64,000 nt of DNA from Patescibacteria group bacterium (GTDB lineage: Bacteria > Patescibacteriota > Patescibacteriia > WFTA01 > S139-112), in the NCBI GenBank assembly GCA_015485695.1, contig WFTB01000006.1, forward strand, positions 14,334 to 78,333. Reading direction: 5' to 3'. Below the pieces are notes generated by a model. The model was not told the origin of the DNA. It saw only the letters and a list, made by a program, of their open reading frames with translations, and ran no database searches. This document shows positions 48,433 to 58,492 of the stretch, in pieces (the stretch's first letter is position 1; each line of letters opens with the position of its first letter). Both the position numbers and the translations under genes were made by a program.

Positions 48433-50055
48433 ATGAACCTGTTTGATATCACGAGAGAATTTGTGGAAGAGGTGTTCGGTTCACAAGACATAACTCGATA
48501 TTTCGATCGTTGCGTGTATTGGGTTGAGCGCTTGTACCCGGACGCGGACGATGCTATGCTAATCGCGGCGATTGCGGGTGAGATAAATGGAGCGTATTAC
48601 GGAACGAGTTATCATAATTCGAAAAAAGCCATGACCGGGTTGAATTCACTTAAACGGATTAAACAACATCGCCAAGAGAGTGCCAGGATAGTAAATGACT
48701 TTCTAAGCAGACATTCCGCGAGCGAAGATTTGATTTCGAGAGTGCACGATTTGATTGTGGGATACGATGACGGACTTGATAGGGAATATGAAGTATTAAG
48801 AAACGCCAATTCAATGGCGTATTTTGAAACCCGGGCAATACCCTTTATACGAACATTTACTCCGATGATAGGCAAAAAAGATGTGGCGGAAACACTTTTG
48901 AGAATCGCAAATCAAGCCGAATCTTCGGAAATTAAAGATGACATCCGGCTTATGTACGAAAACGCGAAATATGAACTTGAAAAATTCGTTGTTAAGATAT
49001 CAGTAGTGGTTTTGACGTTTAATTCAGAAAAATATTTACCGGACTTATTGGAATCATTATCAAAAACCGATTGGCCCGAGTGCGAGTGGGAAATAATTTT
49101 TGTCGACAATGATTCGAAAGACCGAACATTGGAAATCTTGGAAAACACCGACTATCATGTCATACGAAATGAAAAGAATCTAGGATTTGCGGAAGGGAAC
49201 AATGTCGGAATAAGATACGCTTTGCACAAAGGCTCGGATTATGTGGTCTTACTCAATGACGACACAGTTGTGACCGAGAGTTGGATTCAGGAAATGTATT
49301 TCGCTCATAAGCAATACGAAGATGCGGGTGCTGTGCAGCCGCTTTTATTATATTGGGACGACAAAGACAAGGTAAACAGCTGGGGAAATTATATTCATTT
49401 TTTGGGATTCGGATTCGCGGGAGGAAATTTGCAATCTCGCAAACAACTCGAGGACAGGCCTCGCATATATCCGGTTTCGTATTGCAGCGGCGCGGCGGTT
49501 ATGTATTCGGGGAACGCTCTTAAAAAGGCGGGTTTATTTGACAAGACTTTGGAGAGCTATCATGAGGACCTTGATATCGCGCTTAAAATGCGTCTATACG
49601 GATATCGAGCATATACTACACTCAATGCGATTGTGTACCATAAGTATAAGTTTCTCAAGTCAAACAAATCATTGAAAGGAAATTACAAATACTATCTCAT
49701 GGAACGCAACAGAATCGTGACTCTGCTTCGGTATTATAAGTTTAGAACTTTATGCCTAATATTTCCGATGTGGCTTGTTATGGAAATCGGAACGTTCTCT
49801 TTTTCGATCTTTAGAGGGTTTTGGAAAAGCAAAGTTAAAGCATATGTGTGGGTTGCTCGAAATTGGGATTATATAATGGAAGAAAGAGGTTTGGTGAAGC
49901 GCCTGCGAAGGGACCATAAAATTTCAGAATACGAATTCGCGGAAGATTTTGTAAGTGAAATAAGTTTTCAGGAGATAGACAATCCGATTCTCAAGTACAT
50001 AGGAAATCCCATAACGAAAGTTTATTGGGAGTTCGTCAAAACATTATTAAAATGA
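48433..50055 (+). CDS. Glycosyltransferase family 2 with a ~190-aa N-terminal extension of unknown function
   Basis: GT-A core VVVLTFNSEKYLPDLLESL...FVDNDSKDRT...NLGFAEGNN...VLLNDDTVV. Start at ATG 48433 (MNLFDITREF), 1 nt after the upstream stop. Confidence 0.85.
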   Translation: MNLFDITREFVEEVFGSQDITRYFDRCVYWVERLYPDADDAMLIAAIAGEINGAYYGTSYHNSKKAMTGLNSLKRIKQHRQESARIVNDFLSRHSASEDLISRVHDLIVGYDDGLDREYEVLRNANSMAYFETRAIPFIRTFTPMIGKKDVAETLLRIANQAESSEIKDDIRLMYENAKYELEKFVVKISVVVLTFNSEKYLPDLLESLSKTDWPECEWEIIFVDNDSKDRTLEILENTDYHVIRNEKNLGFAEGNNVGIRYALHKGSDYVVLLNDDTVVTESWIQEMYFAHKQYEDAGAVQPLLLYWDDKDKVNSWGNYIHFLGFGFAGGNLQSRKQLEDRPRIYPVSYCSGAAVMYSGNALKKAGLFDKTLESYHEDLDIALKMRLYGYRAYTTLNAIVYHKYKFLKSNKSLKGNYKYYLMERNRIVTLLRYYKFRTLCLIFPMWLVMEIGTFSFSIFRGFWKSKVKAYVWVARNWDYIMEERGLVKRLRRDHKISEYEFAEDFVSEISFQEIDNPILKYIGNPITKVYWEFVKTLLK

Positions 50056-50072
50056 CTCGCAATTGTAAAATT

Positions 50073-51224
50073 ATGAAGATTATTCATGTATCTCCGGTGT
50101 TCGATCCTTACATGTCGGGGATTTCCAATGTTGTCCATCAACAAGCTCGCTACATAGCGTCGCGCGGTCATGATGTATCCGTATTAACGCCAAGATATAA
50201 CAGAAAATGGAAGTCTGAAGAAATCATTGACGGCATAAGCGTCATGCGCTTCAATCCAATCGTTCAAATGGGTAACGCCGCTTTTACTCCTGGTATGATT
50301 TACACTATGAGTTCTTTGCTTGATGGCGACGCCGTTGTCCAGCTTCACCTTCCTTTTTTCGGGGCTTATGAGTGGCTTTGGTTTTTTAGAAAATTCGGAT
50401 TGTTAAAAAACAAAAAAATGGTAATCTTATACCACCACGACCCTCAATTGACCGGATTGACGCGTTTATTGGGAATACCGTCAAAGTTTGTGTTCAAGTC
50501 ATTGATGGGTTCATCCGATGCGGTTATCGTAAGCTCCGCGGATTACGCCAAAAATTCCGATATCGCTCCGATTATAAACAACGTTAATTTAAAGCAGATA
50601 CCTTTCGGGGTTGATACCGAGCGGTTTGCTCCGAAAGAAAAAAAGCAAATTTACAAAGAAGAAAAATATGTTGAAATTCTTTTCGTTGGCGCTATGGACA
50701 AGGCGCATCATTTCAAAGGAGTCGATGTTCTGTTGCGCGCATTAAGTAAAATAAAGTTTAACGACAATAATATAGCGCGACATAAACTCAAGCTTGTCGG
50801 AGACGGCGACTTGTTGAATGAGTATGTGAAAATGTCAAAAGAGCTCGGAATAGACGACAGAGTCGAGTTTGCTGGATTTGTATCCGAAGGCGAAAAGGAA
50901 ATTTGTTATGCTAATGCCGATTTGCTGGTATTTCCTTCAACCGGAAAAGCGGAAGCGTTTGGTATGGTGGCTCTGGAGGGCATGAGCGCCGGGCTTCCCG
51001 TGATAGCGAGTGATTTACCCGGAGTCCGTTCCCTTATAGGGAGAGATGATATGTTGGTTGAGCCCGGTGATGTTGACGCGCTTTCCCGTAAAATCAGTGA
51101 GTTGATAAACAATCACGATGAGCGCCTTATTATAGGAATGCAAAACAGAAAACGAGTGCTTGATCGCTATTCGTGGGAAAAAGTGACGGACAAGCTTGAG
51201 AGTTTGTATTGTGATTTGAAATAA
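50073..51224 (+). CDS. Glycosyltransferase family 4
   Basis: MKIIHVSPVFDPYMSGISNV..., EAFGMVALEGMSAGLPVIASDLPGVRSLI. ATG at 50073; an alternative is 50052. Confidence 0.85.
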   Translation: MKIIHVSPVFDPYMSGISNVVHQQARYIASRGHDVSVLTPRYNRKWKSEEIIDGISVMRFNPIVQMGNAAFTPGMIYTMSSLLDGDAVVQLHLPFFGAYEWLWFFRKFGLLKNKKMVILYHHDPQLTGLTRLLGIPSKFVFKSLMGSSDAVIVSSADYAKNSDIAPIINNVNLKQIPFGVDTERFAPKEKKQIYKEEKYVEILFVGAMDKAHHFKGVDVLLRALSKIKFNDNNIARHKLKLVGDGDLLNEYVKMSKELGIDDRVEFAGFVSEGEKEICYANADLLVFPSTGKAEAFGMVALEGMSAGLPVIASDLPGVRSLIGRDDMLVEPGDVDALSRKISELINNHDERLIIGMQNRKRVLDRYSWEKVTDKLESLYCDLK

Positions 51225-51225
51225 T

Positions 51226-52236
51226 ATGACAATAACGCACCGCAGGATAATATACATTGTATTTTTCGCCATCTTTTTCATAATCGGTCCCCTTATTGTT
51301 TTGTACGCGACGGGATACAGATATAACGCTCGCATCGGCACGATACAAAGAACCGGAGCGATTATGATTGATGTTATTCCCGGAGACGTTTCGGTAAGTC
51401 TTGACGGCGCGGAGATAGACAATGTAGATATTGTGGATAAGTCAATACGATTAACTCGTTTGATCCCCAAAGAATACGAGATAACGTTAAAAAAAGACGG
51501 ATACTATGATTGGAGCGCGCGAACGTATGTCGGACCGTCGGATTCGGTGTTCTTCAGAAACGTTCGTCTTTTCAGAGATGAAAATTTGCCGATATTTATA
51601 GGTAATGCCGATTCTGTCGTTCCGAATCGCAAATTCACCGCGACAACCACAAGCGAACTAATAAAGAACCAATCATTGAAAATTAAGCAAGATACCGATA
51701 GAGGCGTGTTGAAAATTGAGGTCGACAAGTCTGGCAATGATATTGAATTGGGAGTCGTTCCGCACGCGGAATATGAGTTTTATGATTCGCCGGACAATTG
51801 GATTGTTTTTCGAGACAGGAGCGCGCGTACATTGTATGTATATGAAATGCCAGAGGAAGGGTCGACAGGAAGGAAATACGCGATTCCGGACGTTTATGGA
51901 TTTGATTGGTCGAAAGACGAACGTTTTTTGATGTATCATAACAATTTCGAACTGTGGACATTGGATGTATTGACGGGACGTCAGAATCTGATAACTCGAA
52001 GGTCTTCCGGTATTGATTACGCAATTTGGTATCCTTCCGGAAATTATGTAATTTATTATTCTGGGGATGTCGTTCGTATCAGGGAAATAAATTTTTACGG
52101 AGAGACTACGGTTTCGTATAATCTCGCAAAATTGCCGAATGTGTCCGATATGCGCGTGGATCCCGAAGGTAAAGACCTGTATTTGCGAGCCGATGTCGGG
52201 AATAAAGACGGATGGTTTATTCGCAAAATGCAATAG
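51226..52236 (+). CDS. Membrane-anchored PEGA-domain protein with a beta-propeller-like C-terminal region
   Basis: N-terminal TM. PEGA-like segment IPGDVSVSLDGAEIDNVDIVDKSIRLTRLIPKEYEITLKKDGYYDWSARTYV. Repetitive Y/W-rich C-terminus. Confidence 0.65.
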   Translation: MTITHRRIIYIVFFAIFFIIGPLIVLYATGYRYNARIGTIQRTGAIMIDVIPGDVSVSLDGAEIDNVDIVDKSIRLTRLIPKEYEITLKKDGYYDWSARTYVGPSDSVFFRNVRLFRDENLPIFIGNADSVVPNRKFTATTTSELIKNQSLKIKQDTDRGVLKIEVDKSGNDIELGVVPHAEYEFYDSPDNWIVFRDRSARTLYVYEMPEEGSTGRKYAIPDVYGFDWSKDERFLMYHNNFELWTLDVLTGRQNLITRRSSGIDYAIWYPSGNYVIYYSGDVVRIREINFYGETTVSYNLAKLPNVSDMRVDPEGKDLYLRADVGNKDGWFIRKMQ

Positions 52237-52272
52237 TTAATAATCATTTTTTGAAATCTCTAACGTATTTAT

Positions 52273-52944
52273 ATGAACATACTGATAGTGGAAGACAATA
52301 AACATATGGTTCGTCTGATGCAAACGGGCTTAAAGGAACAAGGCGTGGTGTCTGATGCCGTTCATGATTCTCATGAAGCTCTGGCAAGGATAGAGAGTTT
52401 CGATTATGACCTTATCATATTGGATATAATGCTTCCCGGCGACATGAACGGTTTCGATGTTTGTCGCAAATTGCGAAAACACGGTATAGAAACTCCGATA
52501 ATAATGGTAACGGCGCGCGAATCCATTCAAGACAGGATAACGGGCCTGGATGCCGGAGCGGACGACTATTTGCCCAAGCCTTTTTCTCTCGATGAATTGA
52601 TGGCAAGAATCAGGGCTCTTGTTCGCAGGGGCCGTTCTTTGGATCAGCCGATACTCGAGGTTGGGGATTTGATTCTTGATCCGGCGAAGCATACCGTTGA
52701 ACGCGCGAATAGGTCAATAAAACTGTCAAAAAAAGAATTCAGATTGCTTGAATACCTTATGCGCAACAAAGACCGAGTCGTATCGCGTACAGTTTTGATT
52801 GAACACATCTGGGGATATAATATCGACTATAGCAGTAAGGTTGTTGACGTTTATATAAATTACCTCAGAAAAAAAATAGACGGAAAACACGACAAAAAAC
52901 TGATACATACCGTACGTGGCGTTGGATATATGATTAAAAGCTAG
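52273..52944 (+). CDS. OmpR/PhoB-family response regulator
   Basis: Receiver domain MNILIVEDNKHMVRLMQTGL...DLIILDIMLPGDMNGFDVCRKLR. Winged-helix C-terminus RVVSRTVLIEHIWGYN...KIDGKHDKKLIHTVRGVGY. Confidence 0.92.
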   Translation: MNILIVEDNKHMVRLMQTGLKEQGVVSDAVHDSHEALARIESFDYDLIILDIMLPGDMNGFDVCRKLRKHGIETPIIMVTARESIQDRITGLDAGADDYLPKPFSLDELMARIRALVRRGRSLDQPILEVGDLILDPAKHTVERANRSIKLSKKEFRLLEYLMRNKDRVVSRTVLIEHIWGYNIDYSSKVVDVYINYLRKKIDGKHDKKLIHTVRGVGYMIKS

Positions 52945-53030
52945 GGTGGTGAGCCTCTAAGCGAGCCGATTGAGCGAGAGATTTGCGTATTCCCGTTCGT
53001 TATGCGATTTACAATCTGTGATTTTGTATT

Positions 53031-53990
53031 ATGGTTTCAATAACCGACCCGTTTAAAGCCATTGCAACCTGGTTTTCCACCAGTAGTAAGGGAAAGGAAA
53101 TAATCACAATCCTCGAACAAATATCGAAGGGTAATTTTTCGTACAAAGTCAAAATACCGAGTGGCAAGGAAGATGATGAACATATTCAGATATTAAAGGG
53201 TTTGGAACTTACCCTAAGAGAGCTTGAAAAACTAGATAAACGTGAAAAGAGAAGGCACAAACAAATGACAAAAGCGAATAAGCAATTAAAGCAATTGGAC
53301 AAAAACAAGCGTGAATTCATCGAACTTGCGTCACATCAGCTAAAGACTCCTTTGGCGTCTCTTAGATTGGGGCTCGATGTCCTCGAACGAAGCTCTCGCA
53401 ATTGGTCCGACCGAGACAAGCAAGTTTTTAGTGAAGTTAAACACAGCTATGATCACATGGCCAAACTCGTTGAATCTCTTCTAGAGACCGTACGCATAGA
53501 TGAGCGCGCGAATATGCAACCGAAATGTCAATTAAACAGCGCGCATAATATTTTTACAATCATGGAAAAGCAATTCCGGTCGAGGTTTGAGGCAAAGGGG
53601 TTGGAGTTAATCGTGGAATATCCGATTGAATCATTGCGAATTCGCACGGATGCGGGATTCGTGGTTGAGATTTTGCAAAACCTGTTGGAGAACGCTCTCA
53701 AATACACAAAGATAGGAATCGTGAGGCTTGAGATAACGGAAATGAAAAACGTCGTTGAATTCAGAGTTGCGGACACTGGCATAGGAATACCGGCTCTCGA
53801 ACAATCTCGAGCGTTCGAGAAACTGTTTCGCGCAAGCAACGTAAAAGACGAGTCCGATGTCGGCTCAGGTCTCGGTTTGTATTACACTCAACAATTGGTT
53901 AAACGTCTAAAAGGCAAAATATGGTTTGAGTCCGAAGAGGGAAATGGGTCCGTGTTTTACGTTCGAATACCGAAAGATTGTGTCACTTGA
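53031..53990 (+). CDS. Sensor histidine kinase (apparently cytoplasmic, no TM segment)
   Basis: HisKA H-box ELASHQLKTPLASL. HATPase_c N/G boxes (LLENALKYT; ADTGIGIP; GSGLGL). Confidence 0.88.
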   Translation: MVSITDPFKAIATWFSTSSKGKEIITILEQISKGNFSYKVKIPSGKEDDEHIQILKGLELTLRELEKLDKREKRRHKQMTKANKQLKQLDKNKREFIELASHQLKTPLASLRLGLDVLERSSRNWSDRDKQVFSEVKHSYDHMAKLVESLLETVRIDERANMQPKCQLNSAHNIFTIMEKQFRSRFEAKGLELIVEYPIESLRIRTDAGFVVEILQNLLENALKYTKIGIVRLEITEMKNVVEFRVADTGIGIPALEQSRAFEKLFRASNVKDESDVGSGLGLYYTQQLVKRLKGKIWFESEEGNGSVFYVRIPKDCVT

Positions 53991-54308
53991 TTATGATTGA
54001 AAGTTTAAAAACGAAGATTCTCAAAGCGAGTCGATCAAATCAGAGCCGTGTTAAGTATTGTTTCTGTGGCGAGCGCGTCTTGCCGGTCCGTATACAGTCT
54101 ATTGAATTTTGCGGGAAATATGATATCCTCTTCTGGTAAAGTGTTTCGGCTTGTTTTATACAGAATTGTTTTATCGGATTTTTTTGCAAATGGACAAATT
54201 ATCCGGAAACCGTTTAAATCGCATTTACGGGAAAAATCATATGTTTTGAAAGGTTTCTAGGATTGCTTTGGGATATCCACAGGCTAAATGTTCGATTGCT
54301 CTATTTTT

Positions 54309-54382
54309 GCCACCTTAGCTCAGCTGGCCAGAGCAATTCCTTCGTAAGGAAGAGGTCCCGAGTTCGAATCTCGGAGGTGGCT
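54309..54382 (+). tRNA. tRNA-Thr (anticodon CGU)
   Basis: Manual cloverleaf. Acceptor GCCACCT/AGGTGGC. D-arm GCTC-AGCTGGCCA-GAGC. Anticodon loop TTCGTAA. T-arm CCGAG-TTCGAAT-CTCGG. Discriminator U. CCA not fully encoded. Confidence 0.85.
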
Positions 54383-54618
54383 CAGGTATGCGGTTTTACA
54401 AAAAAACTTCGTTTGACAATATAATGTCCGATTTTGGATATTCACAATCGCGGGTGCACAATATTTCAAATATGTGCTAAACTTTTCGGGACGATAATTC
54501 GTATAATTCCGTCTTACAATATTACAAGTATCTGTGCCGGTCGGCTCGTTAATGTTTGACAATCAAACGTTTCGTCCGTATTTTGACGAAAATTCAAGGC
54601 CGGACACTTTGAACGATT

Positions 54619-55773
54619 ATGCTTGAAACATCGCATAGAGGGAGAGGTAAAATTTTACAATTTGTATTATCGGCAGGCGTGAGCGTGCTTTTTTTGGTGC
54701 CTTTTTATTCCGTATCTGCGTCAGTCGAGAATGCGGTCGAGGTAGCGAGATTGAGGCTGGATGCCGAAACGATAACAAAAGGATATACGGTTGAGTCTCC
54801 GGACAAGAACCTTAAAGTCGGAGTCGTTGATGGAGCGGTTACCGTTCCGGTCGAGGTTGCGTTGAAGAAAATACCGGTGTCGCATTTTCCCGATGAATCG
54901 GAAACGTCGAAAAAGGTAAGCGATATCCTCGAATACGATATTCGCTATATGTCGGAGAGCGGAGAGACCGAACCGTTGAAAGTTTTGGAAAAGCCGGTCT
55001 ATATAGCTATCAAATACAACATAGATTCGATAAACAAAAAAGTGGTGCATTATTGGAACAAACCTACGCAAGAATGGGTCCCGTTGCCGTCTACTACCGA
55101 TTTTGAAAATAAGTTGGTTCGAGCGGTTTCGTATTTTCCATATTCGCGCTTGGCAGTATTTGACGACGAGTACGTATATGAAGGCCCCGCGAGTTGGTAT
55201 GTTTCGGGATTTCATTGCGATTGCGCCGCTTCTCCGATATACATGCGCAAAACAAAGTTAAAAGTTACAAACATATCCGCCAGAAGTCCGAAAAGGGGAG
55301 CGTCCATGGTTATAAGAGTTAACGATTACGGTCCGGACCCGAATATACACCCTGACCGTCCGATAGATCTTGACAAGGTCGCGTTCGCGAAACTGGCTTC
55401 TTCGGTGGGATCCGGATTGATGATGGTTCGCGTTGAGCCTGTCGATATTAATAATGCGAAAAAATACTCATGGGTTCTCGAGTCCGAAGCAAGTCGTCTT
55501 GCAGTAAAATCGGGCGCGAAAGAGTCTGAAACGGCGATTAAAAACTCTCCTTCGGAGCCGTCAAACGATTCGCCGAAAATCAAGACGGCGGATTCGGAAG
55601 AAAAATCTACTGAACAAAACCTTGGTATTTCCGAGTGGGGTATTGTCGATTTGGGGAGTGAAAACGTCGGTGACAATGACGCAATTATCAAAAAATCGGA
55701 TATTAAATTCAAATCGGATTTTGATTCGGAAATCGTATTGAATAATAGCGATTCCACAGGTGACTCCGGTTAA
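54619..55773 (+). CDS. RlpA-like (DPBB domain) secreted lipoprotein/lytic-transglycosylase-like protein with a Ser/Asp-rich C-terminal tail
   Basis: Signal peptide. GPASWYVSGFHCDCAASPIYMRKTKLKVTNISARSPKRGASMVIRVNDYGPDPNIHPDRPIDLDKVAFAKL matches the RlpA double-psi beta-barrel signature. Confidence 0.75.
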   Translation: MLETSHRGRGKILQFVLSAGVSVLFLVPFYSVSASVENAVEVARLRLDAETITKGYTVESPDKNLKVGVVDGAVTVPVEVALKKIPVSHFPDESETSKKVSDILEYDIRYMSESGETEPLKVLEKPVYIAIKYNIDSINKKVVHYWNKPTQEWVPLPSTTDFENKLVRAVSYFPYSRLAVFDDEYVYEGPASWYVSGFHCDCAASPIYMRKTKLKVTNISARSPKRGASMVIRVNDYGPDPNIHPDRPIDLDKVAFAKLASSVGSGLMMVRVEPVDINNAKKYSWVLESEASRLAVKSGAKESETAIKNSPSEPSNDSPKIKTADSEEKSTEQNLGISEWGIVDLGSENVGDNDAIIKKSDIKFKSDFDSEIVLNNSDSTGDSG

Positions 55774-55775
55774 AG

Positions 55776-57116
55776 ATGTTTTTCATGCGAGATAAATTAA
55801 AAAAACTTCTATTATCGCTGTTGACGCGCGTATCGAGGAGGATTTTATCCAAATATAATCCGAAGGTTATAGGGATTACAGGTTCATACGGCAAGACATC
55901 CGCTCGTGAGGCGATTTTTGCAGTGCTTAATCGCGAACTTGAAGAGACGGTCAGAATGACGCGCGGAGAGCTTAACGGTGAGTGGGGATTCCATATAGCT
56001 GTTATCGGTTCGGACAATCCGAAGGGGTCGGTTTTGCGTTGGGCTGGAGTATTGTTCAAGGGGATAGATCTTTTGGTTTTTTCAAAGCCGTATCCGGATG
56101 TTTTGCTCATCGAGATGGCCGCCGATAGACCCGGCGATATCGAATACATGGTCGGAATAGTAAAACCGGATATTGTCGTAATGACCGGAATAGGAGCGAC
56201 TCATTTGGAATTTTTCGGGTCAGTGGAAAACGTTGCAAAAGAAAAGTTCAAGCTCATAACCGGAATGAAAGATGGAGGTACGGTTTTGTATAATTCAGAT
56301 GATAAGTTTTTATCGGAGTTCATAAGCACGGTCAACGTTTCTCGTAAAATCGGATTTGGGATTTCGAAAAACGCGGATATAAGGGCGGAACAAATACGTT
56401 TTGAATTATTAGACCTTCCGGATGAGAAATCCACTGCAACTTCCCAGAGTCACATTGGAGGAGTTGGATTTAAAGTATCGATTAATGACAGAGAAATTCA
56501 GGCCTATGTTTCAAATGTTGTCGGAAAATCCCATGTATCCGCCGCGTTATCCGCTATCGCGATTGCCGTTGAATTTGGAATTCCGATGGAGATTGCGGTT
56601 CAGAATTTAAAATCATTCAAAGTCGCTCCGGGAAGAATGCGCCTTATTAGTGGGGTGAAAAATACCATTATAATTGATGATAGTTACAATTCTTCGCCGG
56701 ACGCCGCTATACTTGCTCTGGAGACGCTCGTCGGACTATCCGTATCCGGAGTTACATGGGCGGTAATGGGTGAGATGATGGAACTTGGAGACGCTTCGGA
56801 AACATCGCATATCGGAGTCGGAAAGAGAGTCGCGGAACTTGAAATAGACCATTTGATTACGGTTGGCAGTCCGGCGCACTTTATAGCGCATGGAGCGAGA
56901 GAAAGCGGAATGTCGCCCGATAGAATTTTTGAATTCGATAACAAAGAAAGCGCGGGACGGTTTTTGCAAAGTCGAATAAAGCAAGGTGACCTCATTCTCG
57001 TTAAGGCGTCACGAGGTTTACGGCAAGAAACCCCGGGAACGCGATTCGAGAAGATTGTAAAAGAAATAATGGCGGACCCGAAACAAGCCGACAGCATTCT
57101 TGTCGCGACGCATTGA
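55776..57116 (+). CDS. murF: UDP-N-acetylmuramoyl-tripeptide--D-alanyl-D-alanine ligase (short form)
   Basis: Mur-ligase P-loop VIGITGSYGKTSARE. IDDSYNSSPDAAILALETL (DDSYNANP-type). C-terminal Mur ligase domain. Confidence 0.8.
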   Translation: MFFMRDKLKKLLLSLLTRVSRRILSKYNPKVIGITGSYGKTSAREAIFAVLNRELEETVRMTRGELNGEWGFHIAVIGSDNPKGSVLRWAGVLFKGIDLLVFSKPYPDVLLIEMAADRPGDIEYMVGIVKPDIVVMTGIGATHLEFFGSVENVAKEKFKLITGMKDGGTVLYNSDDKFLSEFISTVNVSRKIGFGISKNADIRAEQIRFELLDLPDEKSTATSQSHIGGVGFKVSINDREIQAYVSNVVGKSHVSAALSAIAIAVEFGIPMEIAVQNLKSFKVAPGRMRLISGVKNTIIIDDSYNSSPDAAILALETLVGLSVSGVTWAVMGEMMELGDASETSHIGVGKRVAELEIDHLITVGSPAHFIAHGARESGMSPDRIFEFDNKESAGRFLQSRIKQGDLILVKASRGLRQETPGTRFEKIVKEIMADPKQADSILVATH

Positions 57117-57196
57117 ACAAACCCAAACACCCAATTTAGAACAATTAATCGCGGATAACAAAAAACAAACCCACCACAAGGTTTGTTTTTTGTTTG

Positions 57197-57268
57197 TGAC
57201 CCCACGGGGAGTCGAACCCCGGTTTTCAGCGTGAGAGGCTGACGTCCTAACCACTAGACGATGGGGCC
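57197..57268 (-). tRNA. tRNA-Glu (anticodon CUC)
   Basis: Reverse complement GGCCCCATCGTCTAGTGGTTAGGACGTCAGCCTCTCACGCTGAAAACCGGGGTTCGACTCCCCGTGGGGTCA folds as a cloverleaf. Anticodon loop CTCTCAC. T-arm CGGGG-TTCGACT-CCCCG. Confidence 0.85.
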
Positions 57269-57396
57269 AAAAAGGCTTGTGCAGTATAGCATAATATTCT
57301 TTCAAATCAAGGGTTTTCGGTTAAACAATCATCGAATTTGCCGTACGCTTATCAGATGGTACAATTAACACATATCACATTAACGATAATCATATT

Positions 57397-58113
57397 ATGC
57401 ATCCGATTTTTATTGATACCGAGACTACAGATACGAGTGAAGACGCTCGACTTGTTCAATTGGCGTATAAAAATTCCGACACCGGAGAAGTGGTAGATGA
57501 ATTGTTCAAGCCTCCGGTTCCGATTAGCGTTGGGGCGATGGCCGTGCACCATATTACCAATGAAATGGTGCAAGACAAGCAATCGTTTGAGATGAGCTTG
57601 CATAGAGAAAAAATACGCGAACTTCTCAGAAACAATATACTCGTCGCGCACAATGCTCGGTTTGATATATCGATTTTGGCAAATGAAGGCGTGGAAACCG
57701 AGCAATACATAGATACGCTTCGCGTATCCAGGCACGTTATAGACAGTGAGCAATATTCTCTTCAGTATCTTCGTTATGAACTTGGTTTGACCATCGATGA
57801 AAATGTCCACGCGCATGACGCGCTTGGAGATATATTGGTTTTGGAAAAACTATACTACAATCTTTCGGATTCTATGAAAGTCAAATACTCTTTGTCGTCC
57901 GATAAGGAAGTTTTGTTGAAAATGGTTGAACTTACTCATCTTCCCGTTCTATTGGATGAATTTAAATTCGGTAAATACAAGGGAGAGAGATTCAAAGACG
58001 TCGCAACGGAAGACCCCGGATATATTCAGTGGCTCTACGATAGCGAAACCAAAAAACCAAAGTCGGAACAAAACGAAGACCTTGTGTATACGCTTAAAAA
58101 TTATTTAGTTTAG
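57397..58113 (+). CDS. DnaQ-like DEDDh 3'-5' exonuclease (DNA Pol III epsilon / exonuclease X-like) with ExoX-type C-terminal domain
   Basis: Exo I IFIDTETTD, Exo II LVAHNARFDISIL, Exo III HDALGDILVL. C-terminal FGKYKGERFKDVATEDPGYIQWL. Confidence 0.85.
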   Translation: MHPIFIDTETTDTSEDARLVQLAYKNSDTGEVVDELFKPPVPISVGAMAVHHITNEMVQDKQSFEMSLHREKIRELLRNNILVAHNARFDISILANEGVETEQYIDTLRVSRHVIDSEQYSLQYLRYELGLTIDENVHAHDALGDILVLEKLYYNLSDSMKVKYSLSSDKEVLLKMVELTHLPVLLDEFKFGKYKGERFKDVATEDPGYIQWLYDSETKKPKSEQNEDLVYTLKNYLV

Positions 58114-58211
58114 TGACCTGTTTTCAGGCTTCTTATGCTCTTGTTTGATGTTTTTCGTCGGCGTTTTGTTTCGCGAACTCGGAAGTGTCGCCGATTATAA
58201 AATCCTATGTT

Positions 58212-58306
58212 AAATACTTGCATGGACATTTTATCAAACACGCAACGCTTCAAAACAATCAAAGCTGGTTTGATTATTTGCTCTAGCACATGCAAGTATT
58301 TTTTAT
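58212..58306 (+). terminator. Large terminator-like stem-loop: 13-bp perfect inverted repeat AAATACTTGCATG ... CATGCAAGTATTT enclosing a 64-nt loop with an internal hairpin, followed by TTTTTTAT
   Basis: Inverted repeat arms at 58212-58224 and 58289-58301. Nested hairpin AATCAAA-gctgg-TTTGATT. U-run at 58299-58306. Lies between the exonuclease gene and a TGgTATAAT promoter (58327-58336) for the permease. Confidence 0.4.
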
Positions 58307-58492
58307 ATTGGTCATAAATCTGGTATAATACAAAAACCAAAATCGTTCCGGATTTGTTCTGTGTGTAATTGGTTATTGTGCACTTATCACGCAAGTTTTG
58401 CCGAATTGAGTGTTTTTCGCGGACGCGTAATATTGACCGTTTTTTGTATAGTGTTTTTAAAAATATTTGTTTTTCGAATAAAAGAATAGTCT

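Noticed and set aside
48433-49000. HD phosphohydrolase domain at the N-terminus of the GT2
   Set aside because: Only one HD dipeptide (VHDLIVGYDDG) and no upstream metal-binding His motif. Too weak to call.
54320-54562. 80-aa minus-strand ORF overlapping tRNA-Thr
   Set aside because: Overlaps a confident tRNA. Spurious.
57018-57305. 95-aa minus-strand ORF overlapping tRNA-Glu
   Set aside because: Overlaps a confident tRNA. Spurious.
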